DNA of 64,000 nt from an uncultured delta proteobacterium (GTDB lineage Bacteria; Myxococcota_A; Polyangia; Polyangiales; Polyangiaceae): positions 64,001-128,000 of the forward strand of contig CAVQUB010000002.1 of the NCBI GenBank assembly GCA_963716725.1. The letters run 5' to 3'. The notes below the pieces were generated by a model, which did no database searches, was not told the origin of the DNA, and saw nothing but the letters and a program-made list of their open reading frames with translations. The stretch's first letter is position 1; each line of letters begins with the position of its first letter. Below are positions 29,836 to 39,174 of this stretch, in pieces. The position numbers and the translations under genes are program-made.

Positions 29836-31992
29836 GTGACCGAGCTCGGTTTGCTCATATTCCTACACACGAGTGGACTCGTGTTTGCCCTCTTGCTCGC
29901 CCAATGGCTGGGCAAGGGCCATCCACTGGGCGCGGAGCTCCATCGCCTGGGTGGAGCCATCACTCGGGCCGCGGACGCGTTTCTAGCCCAGGAGTTCCGC
30001 GTCGTGGCGCTGGCCGTCGGCGTCCTCGCTCCCGTCGCCTTCGCGCTCTACTCGACTTTGCTCAGCCCAGGTGCTGGCCTCGGCGGGCTCGAGACCGGGT
30101 TCTGGGCCGCCGTGGCGCTGGCGCTGGGAGCGGCCAACGCCTGTCTGGTCGCACGTGTCGCGACGCGTTTGGCATTGCGCGCAAGCCATCACTCCCTGCC
30201 TGCCGCCAGCCACAGCGTCGATCGAGCACTAGTCGTGTCGATGCGCGCGGGAGGCGCCGTCGGCTTGTTCGTCGAGACCATCAGCTTCATCGCCATCAGC
30301 TTGGTATTCGGGTTGTTGTTTGCGATGAAGGGCGGCTTCCGCCTCGCTCCCGCCGAGGCCATCGCACTCGGCCGCGCCGTCGCGCTGCTGCTGCCGGCTC
30401 ACGCCCTGGGCGCCGCGACGGCCGCCCTCGTGCTCCAGCGCGGAGGCGCGACCTATCATACATCCGGAGATTTGGCGGCGGATCTGGCCGGAGAACGCGA
30501 TGCGGGGCTCGACCACGACGACGCGAGAAACCCGGCTGTAATTGCCGATCTCGTGGGCGACCACGTGGGCAAGGCGGCGGGCCGCGCCACCGATCTCTAC
30601 GTCACCGCAACGACGAGCACCGTTGTCGCTCTGCTCATCGGCGCCAGCGTGCTCGACGCCAATCGCGCGCAGGCCACCTTGGCCCTCGCGGCGTTTCCGC
30701 TGGTCGCTCGCGCCTTCGGTGTCGTGGCGACGGGGTTTGGCGTGATGATCGCGCGCACCGACGACTCGGACAGTCCCGCGTCCGCGCTCTGGCGCGGGCA
30801 GCTCACGACGGCGGTGATTTCCCTGGCCGGGCTCCTGGGCGCAGCCCACTGGCTGGTGGCGGAGAGCGGATCGATCCGACTGTTCTGGGCCGGCGCCTTC
30901 GGCCTGCTCGCCGCGTCGATGGCGGCCCACGCAGCGCGGCTGCAAATCGATCGACGGATCGGCCCACTGCGCGAGCTAATCGAGACTCAGCGCGTGGGTG
31001 AGTCCACCGGCCTCACCTTCGGCATGAGCAGCGGGCTCGGCGCGACGGCTTGGCCCCTGGGCGCATTGGCGGTGGCGATCACCGCCGCTTGGGCCGTCGG
31101 CGCGTCGAGCGGTCTGCCCCTCGGGGGTGTGCTCGGAGCGCTGACCGCTCTGATGACGATCTCGGCATCCGCTCCCTATCTTCTCGCGCTCGGCACCTTC
31201 GATGCCGTGGCGGACAGCGCCCGAGGCGTGTCGGCTCTGGTGACTCAAGCCGAAGACGTGCAGCGACGTACGGCGCGGCTCGACGAGACGGGACTGTCCG
31301 CGTCCACCGCGTCCCAAGCCTACCTGATCGTCACCGGAGGGCTGACCGCGGCGCTGGCCGCCAGCGCGCTGCCGATGCTCTTCACGAAGGGCCTAGCGAG
31401 CGTCGACCTACTCTCCCCCGCCGTGGCGATGAGCGGGGCATTGGGGCTGGCGACGGTGCTGGTCTACGCCGGCAGCGCGGCTCGCGCCGGGACCCGCGGC
31501 GCCCGAGGCGTGGCGCAGGAGGTCGAGCGCCAGCTGCGGGGATTCCCTCGCGAACGGGGCCGTCCCCAGATCCCGCCGGACTACACACCGAGCTATCGCA
31601 ACTGCGTCGAGCTCACTGCGCGGGCAGCGCTGCACCGGATGATGGCCCCGGTGGCCGCCGGGCTCGCGGCGCCTTTGGCCCTCGGCGTCGCGCTTCACCT
31701 GATCTTTCGCCACCACTACGCCACGCTGCCAGCCCAAGCGTTGGCCGCCTTCGTGGTGGTCGCCGCTCTCACCGGCATGGCGGCCGCGTTGGCACTGCAC
31801 GCGACCAAGAGCACGCTCTCGGCCGCCCGTCGCTTCGTACGCCGCAGCGGTTCTGCCCGGGATTTCGAGGCGGCCATCGCCAGTGACGCCGTCGCCGACG
31901 TGCTCGGCAACGCCGCCGGTCCGGCGGCCCATCTCCTGACGAAAGCCATCGCGGTCGTCGCGCTGGTCGTCGCTCCCTTCATAGCCCAATGA
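29836..31992 (+). CDS. Membrane-bound H+/Na+ pyrophosphatase homolog with degenerate catalytic motifs
   Basis: 718-aa polytopic protein; DDARNPAVIADLVGD, EVERQL, PDYTPSYRNCV, AAGP..LLTK match the HppA scaffold, but most catalytic Lys/Asp/Asn residues are replaced. Confidence 0.8.
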   Translation: MTELGLLIFLHTSGLVFALLLAQWLGKGHPLGAELHRLGGAITRAADAFLAQEFRVVALAVGVLAPVAFALYSTLLSPGAGLGGLETGFWAAVALALGAANACLVARVATRLALRASHHSLPAASHSVDRALVVSMRAGGAVGLFVETISFIAISLVFGLLFAMKGGFRLAPAEAIALGRAVALLLPAHALGAATAALVLQRGGATYHTSGDLAADLAGERDAGLDHDDARNPAVIADLVGDHVGKAAGRATDLYVTATTSTVVALLIGASVLDANRAQATLALAAFPLVARAFGVVATGFGVMIARTDDSDSPASALWRGQLTTAVISLAGLLGAAHWLVAESGSIRLFWAGAFGLLAASMAAHAARLQIDRRIGPLRELIETQRVGESTGLTFGMSSGLGATAWPLGALAVAITAAWAVGASSGLPLGGVLGALTALMTISASAPYLLALGTFDAVADSARGVSALVTQAEDVQRRTARLDETGLSASTASQAYLIVTGGLTAALAASALPMLFTKGLASVDLLSPAVAMSGALGLATVLVYAGSAARAGTRGARGVAQEVERQLRGFPRERGRPQIPPDYTPSYRNCVELTARAALHRMMAPVAAGLAAPLALGVALHLIFRHHYATLPAQALAAFVVVAALTGMAAALALHATKSTLSAARRFVRRSGSARDFEAAIASDAVADVLGNAAGPAAHLLTKAIAVVALVVAPFIAQ

Positions 31993-32038
31993 CACCTGAC
32001 CGATCTTCGAACCCAACCCGAGCCTTAGAGTACCCGCC

Positions 32039-35000
32039 GTGTCGTCCCTAGCAGACGCTCTTTCTACACTCTCCGATCGTGGCCTCCGACGCCTGCTCGG
32101 CGCCCGCACCTTCTTGCGCGGCCTCGACTACGAGAAACGCAAGGTGGTCGAGGAGGTCGGAGTCACCGAATCGAACGCCACCGGAAAGGTCAAAGGCTCC
32201 GATCCGGAGCCCTACGAGGTGACCATTCGCCTCGGCGGCGAAGGCATCACGTCGCAGTGCACCTGTCCGGCCTTCCAGAAGACCAATCAGCACTGCAAAC
32301 ACGTCGCGGCGCTGCTCATCACGGTGCGCAACCAAGCTCGCGCAGCCATGCCGCGTCGCGAGATGCAGCAGAACACGCCCGCTCAGCCGCCCCCGCCCCA
32401 GCAAGCCGGCGCTCTCGGCGACAGCAAATCGAGTCGGCGAAGAGACCGACGCCGACGCGCACAACAACAACACGTCGTGCCTCCGGGATTCACGCCGCCG
32501 CCCTCACCCGACGGCAGCGCGCGGGCCACCGGCCTGGGCGCGTGGCTGGCGCCGGAGGGCATGGTTCGGCCGCAAAGCCTCGAGTTTCGCGTCCACGTTC
32601 GCCAAGGCGGGCTGACCGTGACCGTGCTCGACACCGAAGCGCGCGTCCCACTCTTGCCGAGCGTGGCCTTGAACTGGCAGGCCTTGGCCCCCACCGCCGA
32701 TCGAGGGGCCTTGCGCGTCCTCGCGCGCTTCGAGAGCGGCAACCCGCGCCACCCAGCCGTCGACATCCGGAGCGAAGACGCCGCCGAGCTCATGCCCCTG
32801 CTCAAAGAACGCCGCGTCTTGCTCGAGCCGGCCCTGATGCAGCTTCGCTTCGGCAACGAACCCCTCAAGCCGCGCTTCGACCTCGAGATGGTCGGCAGCG
32901 ATACCATCGTCGCCAAATGTACCTTCGAGCGATCGGGCGACGGTCGTCGCTTCGCGCTGACCAGCGGCGGCTGGTTCGAAGGCGCTCCGGGCTGGCACAT
33001 CGACACCAACGAAGGCGTGGCCCGACCCGTCGACCATCGCGTATCACCCGCCGCGCTGCGGCGACTCCTGCGCAGCCCCACCATCGCGGAGCCCGCGAGC
33101 GAGCTGATCGGACTCATCGCGCAGGGTCTGCCGCGAGTCGCGGCTGAAATCGGCGCCGAGTTGCCCGACCTCTCTCAGGTCGCCGACGTCATCGACCTGA
33201 CTCCGACCTTTCGTCTCCGCGCAGGTGGCGGCATCACCGAAGCGCACGTCTACCTGAAGGCCGCGTATCGAGAGCTCGAGGTCGAGGTGCGCGCCGACGG
33301 CATCTCACCGCCGGTGATCGTGCTGCCCCCAGCGGAAGGTCAAAAACGCGCCACCTGCATCCGGACCGACATCGCCGCCCAGCAGGACGCCGTTCAGCGG
33401 CTGCTCGACCTGGGGCTGACTGCCGACGAGAGCGGCGGAGCGTTCATCGCCGAGGGACAAAGGGCGATTCAGTTCTGGTCGGACGGCGTCGCCGCGCTGC
33501 CCGAAGAGTGGGACTTGTACGTGCCCGAGGAGCTGGTCGGCACCACCGTGCGCGGCAAGCCGGTCACGATGAACGCGAGGGTCTCGAGTGGCGTCGATTG
33601 GTTGTCCGTGAAGATCGCCTACGAGAGCGACGGCGTGGGTGTGGAACGCGACGAACTCGTGCGCTGCCTTCGCGAGGGCAAGAAGTACGTGCGGCTGTCC
33701 GACAACACCTACGCCGAGATCGACCCCGACAAGGTTCAGGCAATGATCGATCGCGAGGTCGAGCTGTTGGCCGCCGCGGGCAAGAACGGCAAGCTGCCCC
33801 TGTCACATGCAGGCCGCGTCCAAGAATTGCTCGAGCACGCCGCCGACGTGAACGTGGCCCCGGCGGCCCGGGCGCTGTTCGAGAAGCTCGCCAGCATCGA
33901 CGAGATCAAGAGCACCAAGAAGCCTCGGAGCCTCAAGGCGGTCTTGCGACCGTACCAGGAACAGGGGCTGTCGTGGCTGCGCTTCATCCACGACATCGGG
34001 TCGGGCGGTGTGCTCGCCGACGACATGGGTCTGGGCAAGACGGTTCAGACCATCGCCCTGCTCTTGTTGCTCAAGCAGGAGAAGAAGGAGCACGCGCTCC
34101 GGGCCTTGATCGTCGCGCCGACCAGCGTCGTGCCCAACTGGCTGCGCGAGATTGAGCGATTTGGCCCCGCGCTTTCCACCGCGCTCTGGCACGGAGCCGG
34201 TCGCAAAGAGCAGATGGACGATCTCGAGAGCGCCAACGTGATCATCACCAGCTACGCGCTTTTGCGGCGCGACATCGACCTGCTGAAGAAGCTCGATCTC
34301 GACTACGCCATCTTGGACGAAGCGCAGAACATCAAGAACCCGATGTCTGCGACGGCGGCGGCGGCGCGAGATCTGAACGCCAAGCACCGGCTTGCGCTCA
34401 CGGGCACCCCCATCGAAAACCGCCTGAGCGAAATCTGGAGCATCTTCGATTTCGTGAGCCCTGGACTGCTCGGTCCGCTCGCGAAGTTCGAGGAGCGCTA
34501 CGGCAAGCCCATCGACCAAGGCGATTCGAAGGCCGCGGCACGCTTGCGGGCCAGTATCCATCCCTTCATCTTGCGCCGGACGAAGAACGAGGTCGCCAAG
34601 GACCTTCCACCGAAGATCGAGATCGACAAGGTCGTCGACCTGCCGCCGGATCAACGCGCGATCTACACGCAGGTGCTGCGGGAGGTCCGCGCGCAGGTTC
34701 TGGGGGAGGTCGAGCGCGTCGGCGTCGCCAAGAGCCAGCTGCACATCCTGGCGGGTCTCACCAAGCTGCGCCAAGCGGCCTGTGATCCGCGCCTCTTGGG
34801 TCTGCCGCGCGAGTTCTCGCACGACGACAGCGGCAAGCTCTCGGCCCTCCGCGAGCTGGTCGAGGAGGTCGACAGCGGCGGCCACAAGGTGCTGATCTTC
34901 AGCCAGTTCGTCAGCATGCTGAAGCTCGTTCGAGAGGCCCTCGACGAAGACAAGATCCGCTACGAGTACCTCGACGGCAGCACCATCGATCGCTCCGAGC

Positions 35001-35341
35001 GCGTCGACAATTTCCAGAACGACCCGACCATCCCGGTGTTCTTGATCAGTTTGAAGGCCGGCGGCTCGGGGTTGAACCTGACCGCCGCCGACACGGTGAT
35101 CCACTTCGATCCGTGGTGGAACCCCGCCGTCGAAGACCAAGCATCGGACCGCGCCCACCGCATCGGTCAGAAGAAGGTCGTGACCATTTACCGGCTGGTC
35201 GCCGCGGGGACCATCGAAGAGAAGATCCTCCAGCTCAAGCAGAAGAAGAAGGAACTGGTCGCGTCGGTGCTCTCCGAGGACAGCGGCGGCGCGAAGAAGC
35301 TGACCAAGGACGATCTCGACGACCTGTTCCGGCTGGACTGA
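32039..35341 (+). CDS. SWIM zinc-finger SNF2-family helicase/ATPase
   Basis: CTCP...CKH SWIM motif; LRPYQ, LADDMGLGKT, LDEAQ, LTGTPIEN, FSQF, SLKAGG.GLNL, DPWWNP, DRAHRIGQ. Confidence 0.93.
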   Translation: MSSLADALSTLSDRGLRRLLGARTFLRGLDYEKRKVVEEVGVTESNATGKVKGSDPEPYEVTIRLGGEGITSQCTCPAFQKTNQHCKHVAALLITVRNQARAAMPRREMQQNTPAQPPPPQQAGALGDSKSSRRRDRRRRAQQQHVVPPGFTPPPSPDGSARATGLGAWLAPEGMVRPQSLEFRVHVRQGGLTVTVLDTEARVPLLPSVALNWQALAPTADRGALRVLARFESGNPRHPAVDIRSEDAAELMPLLKERRVLLEPALMQLRFGNEPLKPRFDLEMVGSDTIVAKCTFERSGDGRRFALTSGGWFEGAPGWHIDTNEGVARPVDHRVSPAALRRLLRSPTIAEPASELIGLIAQGLPRVAAEIGAELPDLSQVADVIDLTPTFRLRAGGGITEAHVYLKAAYRELEVEVRADGISPPVIVLPPAEGQKRATCIRTDIAAQQDAVQRLLDLGLTADESGGAFIAEGQRAIQFWSDGVAALPEEWDLYVPEELVGTTVRGKPVTMNARVSSGVDWLSVKIAYESDGVGVERDELVRCLREGKKYVRLSDNTYAEIDPDKVQAMIDREVELLAAAGKNGKLPLSHAGRVQELLEHAADVNVAPAARALFEKLASIDEIKSTKKPRSLKAVLRPYQEQGLSWLRFIHDIGSGGVLADDMGLGKTVQTIALLLLLKQEKKEHALRALIVAPTSVVPNWLREIERFGPALSTALWHGAGRKEQMDDLESANVIITSYALLRRDIDLLKKLDLDYAILDEAQNIKNPMSATAAAARDLNAKHRLALTGTPIENRLSEIWSIFDFVSPGLLGPLAKFEERYGKPIDQGDSKAAARLRASIHPFILRRTKNEVAKDLPPKIEIDKVVDLPPDQRAIYTQVLREVRAQVLGEVERVGVAKSQLHILAGLTKLRQAACDPRLLGLPREFSHDDSGKLSALRELVEEVDSGGHKVLIFSQFVSMLKLVREALDEDKIRYEYLDGSTIDRSERVDNFQNDPTIPVFLISLKAGGSGLNLTAADTVIHFDPWWNPAVEDQASDRAHRIGQKKVVTIYRLVAAGTIEEKILQLKQKKKELVASVLSEDSGGAKKLTKDDLDDLFRLD

Positions 35342-35390
35342 GATCGAGTCCCACCGCCGAAGCGACCGGCGCTGGTGTCACAAAAAACCA

Positions 35391-35418
35391 GCGGAGCGAG
35401 CAGCGATGCTCACTCCGC
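35391..35418. terminator. Hairpin between convergent genes (possible terminator or REP)
   Basis: GCGGAGCGAGCA-GCGA-TGCTCACTCCGC; a second hairpin lies at about 35431-35471. Confidence 0.4.
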
Positions 35419-35478
35419 CTGGTATGTGATAGGCGTGCTCGCGAGGCGGCTTTCCGCGTTCGCGAGCGCCTCAGGCCT

Positions 35479-35904
35479 TCAGTTGTCGCCGGTCGGCGGA
35501 ACCTGACAGCCAGCGCCCTGGCCGTAGTCCACGCCGCAGGGGCCGTTGGCGGTCACGCAGCACTTCACTGCGGGCGCTGCTGGAGTCGGACAGGTCTGCA
35601 CGTTGCAGGTGCCGCCGCCGCCGCTGCCACCGCCGCCGCCGCTGCCGCCGCTGCCGCCGGTGGCTCCTGAGCCGCCGCCACCGCTCGTGGTACCGCCGCT
35701 GCCGCCGCTACTGCCTCCGGTTGCGCCGGAGCCGCCGCCGCCGCTGGTGGTGCCACCCGCGTTGTTGTCCGGAGCGGCGTCCTTGCCTCCACTCCCAGTA
35801 AACGTCTGCTCGTCGCTCGAAGCGCACGAAGACGTCGTGATGAGGGGCACGGCAACCAAACCTGCAAAGCAAATCCCAAGCACACGGGCGACACTGGTCT
35901 TCAC
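35479..35904 (-). CDS. Gly-rich lipoprotein with a small Cys-rich C-terminal domain
   Basis: Signal peptide ending ...LITTSSC; duplicated GGTTSGGGGSGATGGS; CNVQTC...KCCVTANGPCGVDYGQGAGC. Confidence 0.72.
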   Translation of the reverse strand: MKTSVARVLGICFAGLVAVPLITTSSCASSDEQTFTGSGGKDAAPDNNAGGTTSGGGGSGATGGSSGGSGGTTSGGGGSGATGGSGGSGGGGGSGGGGTCNVQTCPTPAAPAVKCCVTANGPCGVDYGQGAGCQVPPTGDN

Positions 35905-36189
35905 GAGGGGCCTCCTGAACGCTGAAGCATGACCCAAGACCGCTCAGCCTGCCGAGCGGACCAAGGGCACTCTACATCAGGTCAGGGCGCTGCGCGAGAA
36001 GTGTCCCACCCGATCGAAGGGATCCCGGCCGAGCGCGCCGCGCGGCGCGTCATCGCCACCGGCGCCCGCCCGAAAGGGGATCGGCAAGCAAGCGCCGAGG
36101 TCGGCGGCCGCGCACCGGAGGAATTGCCCGGAGGCATGCGTTGCGAGGCTCCCGGTTGACCACCCGCGTGGCAGGATCCCCGCAACCCG

Positions 36190-38046
36190 ATGCCCTCCCC
36201 GCCCTCACCTCGCCCGCGCGACCGGGCCACCCCCGCGATGCTGGGGCTGCTGGTGGGGCTGATGGGGCTCTTTGCAGCCTTCGCCGTGCCGCGTCTCATC
36301 AACAACGCCGTCGGCGACATCGAGTTCACGGGCTGGTCGGGCGCCATCGGGCGACAACTCTTGGGTGGAGGCGTGCCCTACGTCGACTCCGTATCGCCCA
36401 TCCCGCCAGGCAGCATGCTGCTGCTCGACTTGATCCACCACGTCGCCGGCACCTCTCGCCTGTTGCACGAGTTGGGCTTGATCGCCGTCTGCCACATCGC
36501 CATGGCGCTGCTCGGGTATGCGATGGTCCGCCCGCTGACGACCCGAGAAAATGCGGTCTTGGTCGCGATTTCGTCGGCCGTGATCCTGCTCCGAGGCATC
36601 AAGGAGTGTGGCTACGACCAGACCGCCGCCGTCGTCGCCTGGGGCAGCGTCGCGATGGGAGTGCGGGCGTTGACGCTGGAGTCGACCCGAGCCCGCCGGC
36701 TGGCATGGAGCGCCTGCGGTGCGCTCGCCGGGGCGACTTTGTTCTTCAAGCAGAGCACGGCCCTCGGCACGCTGCTCGGCTGGCCGCTGGTCTTCGGCTA
36801 CCTGGTCCTGGCGGGCGGCGAAGACCCGCGTCGGGCCGGCAAGAATGTGCTGGTCTGGGCCTCCGGCGCCGCGCTCGGGCTGGGCCTGGTCGCCCTGGGG
36901 CTGCTGGCGCTGGGGAGCTCCATCGGTCCATTTCTCCAGGCCGTGATCGGCGACGGCCCCGCGCTGAAGGGCGGCAGCCGGTCGATGCGCGCTCTGATTG
37001 GCTTCTTCCTGGCCGGCTCGCCCGTCTACCCCGCATCGCTGCTCTTGACCTGCTTGGCGGGCGCCGTCTTGGTTCGGCTGTCGCGACGACCGGGTGGACT
37101 GAACCTGGGAAGCCACGACATCACCGAGCCGTGGTCGCGGCGGCGCGCCGTGGTCATCGGCGCGCTGGCCACCGCGGCGTTTGGGACCGCGACCCTGCTC
37201 ATCGTCACGCGCGTCCCGAAGCTGCCCGAGCACCTCGGCTTCTGGACGGAACGCTTCCGCCATGTCGCAGGCTTCGGGGTCCTGTTCATGTGCATCTTCG
37301 CCGTCGCACACCTCGGACCTGCCGCGCCCGGCGAGGCGAACGAAACGCGACGACGCGCGCAGGTCTGGAACGCACTGGCGCTGATCGCGGTGTGCGTCAG
37401 CTTCGCCCACAACTTGTCCTCCACCGAGTTGCGCTTCTTCTACGATCCGAATCCGGTCATTCCCGTCGCGTTTGCGTTCTTGTTTGCCGCCTTCGATCAA
37501 GCCGCGTTGCCCCGGGCCAAGCTCGTCGTGTTTGCCATGGCCCTCGCGTCATTGTTCTCGGCGCGCTTCGATCGGACGCTCGCCGCCCAGATCCCCATGG
37601 GGCGCCAGGGCCACTGGGGCGGCCTGTACGTCAGCGAAGGGGCGATCCCCCTGGTCAACGCGGCGCTGCGCGTGCGGGAGCTGGCGGGAGAGAACGACAC
37701 GGTACTGGTGCTGCCCGAAGACCTGCAGCTCGTGGGCTTGATCGACCGGCCTCGGCCGGCCCTGCGGGGGGCCGTGGTCTTCGTCGATCAATACGCCCCC
37801 CGCCTGGTCGCGGAGGACCTCGCCCGGCTCGAACGAGACCTGCCCAAGGTGGTGGTGGTCCGGCCGGCGGAGCGCGATCTGTGGGCCATCATGTTCGCGC
37901 ACTGGAGCAGCAACAGCGCCGCGCGGCGCATCGTGGATCGCTTCCTCGACGACTGGCTCCTGCGCCATTACCGCCGAGACTCGAGCTATCAGAGCCGCTT
38001 CGGGGATCGGGTGGGAACCCTCGAGATCTGGGTCAAGGCGCCCTGA
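36190..38046 (+). CDS. Polytopic membrane protein, probable GT-C-fold glycosyltransferase-like
   Basis: About 12 hydrophobic segments; GGVPYVD...PPG loop, FFKQ motif, soluble C-terminal domain. Confidence 0.6.
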   Translation: MPSPPSPRPRDRATPAMLGLLVGLMGLFAAFAVPRLINNAVGDIEFTGWSGAIGRQLLGGGVPYVDSVSPIPPGSMLLLDLIHHVAGTSRLLHELGLIAVCHIAMALLGYAMVRPLTTRENAVLVAISSAVILLRGIKECGYDQTAAVVAWGSVAMGVRALTLESTRARRLAWSACGALAGATLFFKQSTALGTLLGWPLVFGYLVLAGGEDPRRAGKNVLVWASGAALGLGLVALGLLALGSSIGPFLQAVIGDGPALKGGSRSMRALIGFFLAGSPVYPASLLLTCLAGAVLVRLSRRPGGLNLGSHDITEPWSRRRAVVIGALATAAFGTATLLIVTRVPKLPEHLGFWTERFRHVAGFGVLFMCIFAVAHLGPAAPGEANETRRRAQVWNALALIAVCVSFAHNLSSTELRFFYDPNPVIPVAFAFLFAAFDQAALPRAKLVVFAMALASLFSARFDRTLAAQIPMGRQGHWGGLYVSEGAIPLVNAALRVRELAGENDTVLVLPEDLQLVGLIDRPRPALRGAVVFVDQYAPRLVAEDLARLERDLPKVVVVRPAERDLWAIMFAHWSSNSAARRIVDRFLDDWLLRHYRRDSSYQSRFGDRVGTLEIWVKAP

Positions 38047-38052
38047 GCGGAC

Positions 38053-39174
38053 TCACCTGCGCATCGAGACGCTCATCAAGAGTCCGAGGCCGATCAGCAT
38101 GGTCACCACGCTGGAGCCTCCGTAGGAGAACAGCGGCAAGGTGATGCCGACCACGGGCAAGATGCCGACCGCCATGCCCACGTTGAAGATCGTGTGCCAG
38201 AAGAACATGGCGCCAACGCCCACGGCCACCGCCGCGCCAAAGCGGTCCTTGGACTGCGAGGCGACGTGGATCGCCCAGATGCAGATGAAGCAATAGGTGG
38301 CGAGCAGCACCACGGAGCCAAGGATCCCCCAGTCTTCGGCGAACACCGCGAAGGGGAAGTCCGAATACTGGTCCGGCACGAATCCGAACTGGTTCTGGGT
38401 GCCCTGCATGAAGCCCTCCCCGGAGAGCTTGCCGTTGCCGATGGCGGTTCGGGACTGGAAGGCGTGCCAGCCGATCCCGGTCTTGTCGTGCTCGGGGTCG
38501 AGGAAGCTGGTGATGCGGTTCTTCTGGTAGTCCCGGAGCACGTACTTCCACGCCAACGGGACCGCGGTCACGGCGGCGACCACCAAGATGGCGACGCTCT
38601 GCGCGCGGACCTTGGTCATCGCCAGCATGCTGGCGGCGGTGAGCAGATAGATGAGCGAGGTCCCGAGATCGGGCTGCGCCATCACCAGGATCACGGGCAG
38701 CCCCACCAGACCCGCTGCCGGCGCCAAATCGAGCAGGGTTCGCGGTTCGGTCTTGGGATCGTCGTGCAAGTACTTCGCGACGACCAAGATGATCAGGATC
38801 TTGATGAATTCGCTGGGCTGAAAGTTGAAGCTGCCGATCTGGATCCAGCGGGAGGAGCCCCGAATGTCGGCGCCGAGCACGAACACGAGCCCGAGCATGA
38901 CGATCCCTCCGACGTAGAAGAAATACGCCAGCCGCTCCAAGTGCCGGTAGTCGATGGCCGCGACCAGCATGGCCAAGATCCCGCCGACCACGAACCAGTA
39001 GACCTGGGAGACGTAGATGTCGGCGAGGGCCGCGCGCTTGCCAGCTTCGACATAGACGCTGGTCGCGCTGTACAGGTTGACGACCCCCAAGGTCGCGACG
39101 GCCACGATGGCGAGCAACAGCGGCGCATCGATCTGAGTGCCGCCGCGGAACGAGATGCGGTCACCGCGTGCCAT
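38053..39174 (-). CDS. rodA: Rod shape-determining protein RodA (SEDS)
   Basis: GSSRWI, FQPSEFIK, QPDLGT, YQKNRI, AIGNG, DFPFAVFAEDWG, GITLPLFSYGGSS. Confidence 0.95.
   Translation of the reverse strand: MARGDRISFRGGTQIDAPLLLAIVAVATLGVVNLYSATSVYVEAGKRAALADIYVSQVYWFVVGGILAMLVAAIDYRHLERLAYFFYVGGIVMLGLVFVLGADIRGSSRWIQIGSFNFQPSEFIKILIILVVAKYLHDDPKTEPRTLLDLAPAAGLVGLPVILVMAQPDLGTSLIYLLTAASMLAMTKVRAQSVAILVVAAVTAVPLAWKYVLRDYQKNRITSFLDPEHDKTGIGWHAFQSRTAIGNGKLSGEGFMQGTQNQFGFVPDQYSDFPFAVFAEDWGILGSVVLLATYCFICIWAIHVASQSKDRFGAAVAVGVGAMFFWHTIFNVGMAVGILPVVGITLPLFSYGGSSVVTMLIGLGLLMSVSMRR

Noticed and set aside
32039..35341. SWIM-SNF2 gene as an anti-phage defence system
   Set aside because: It stands alone in a housekeeping context with no methylase, nuclease or other defence partner
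35610..35760. GCC-rich repeats as a CRISPR array or VNTR element
   Set aside because: They encode the Gly/Ser linker of a lipoprotein; there are no spacers and no cas genes
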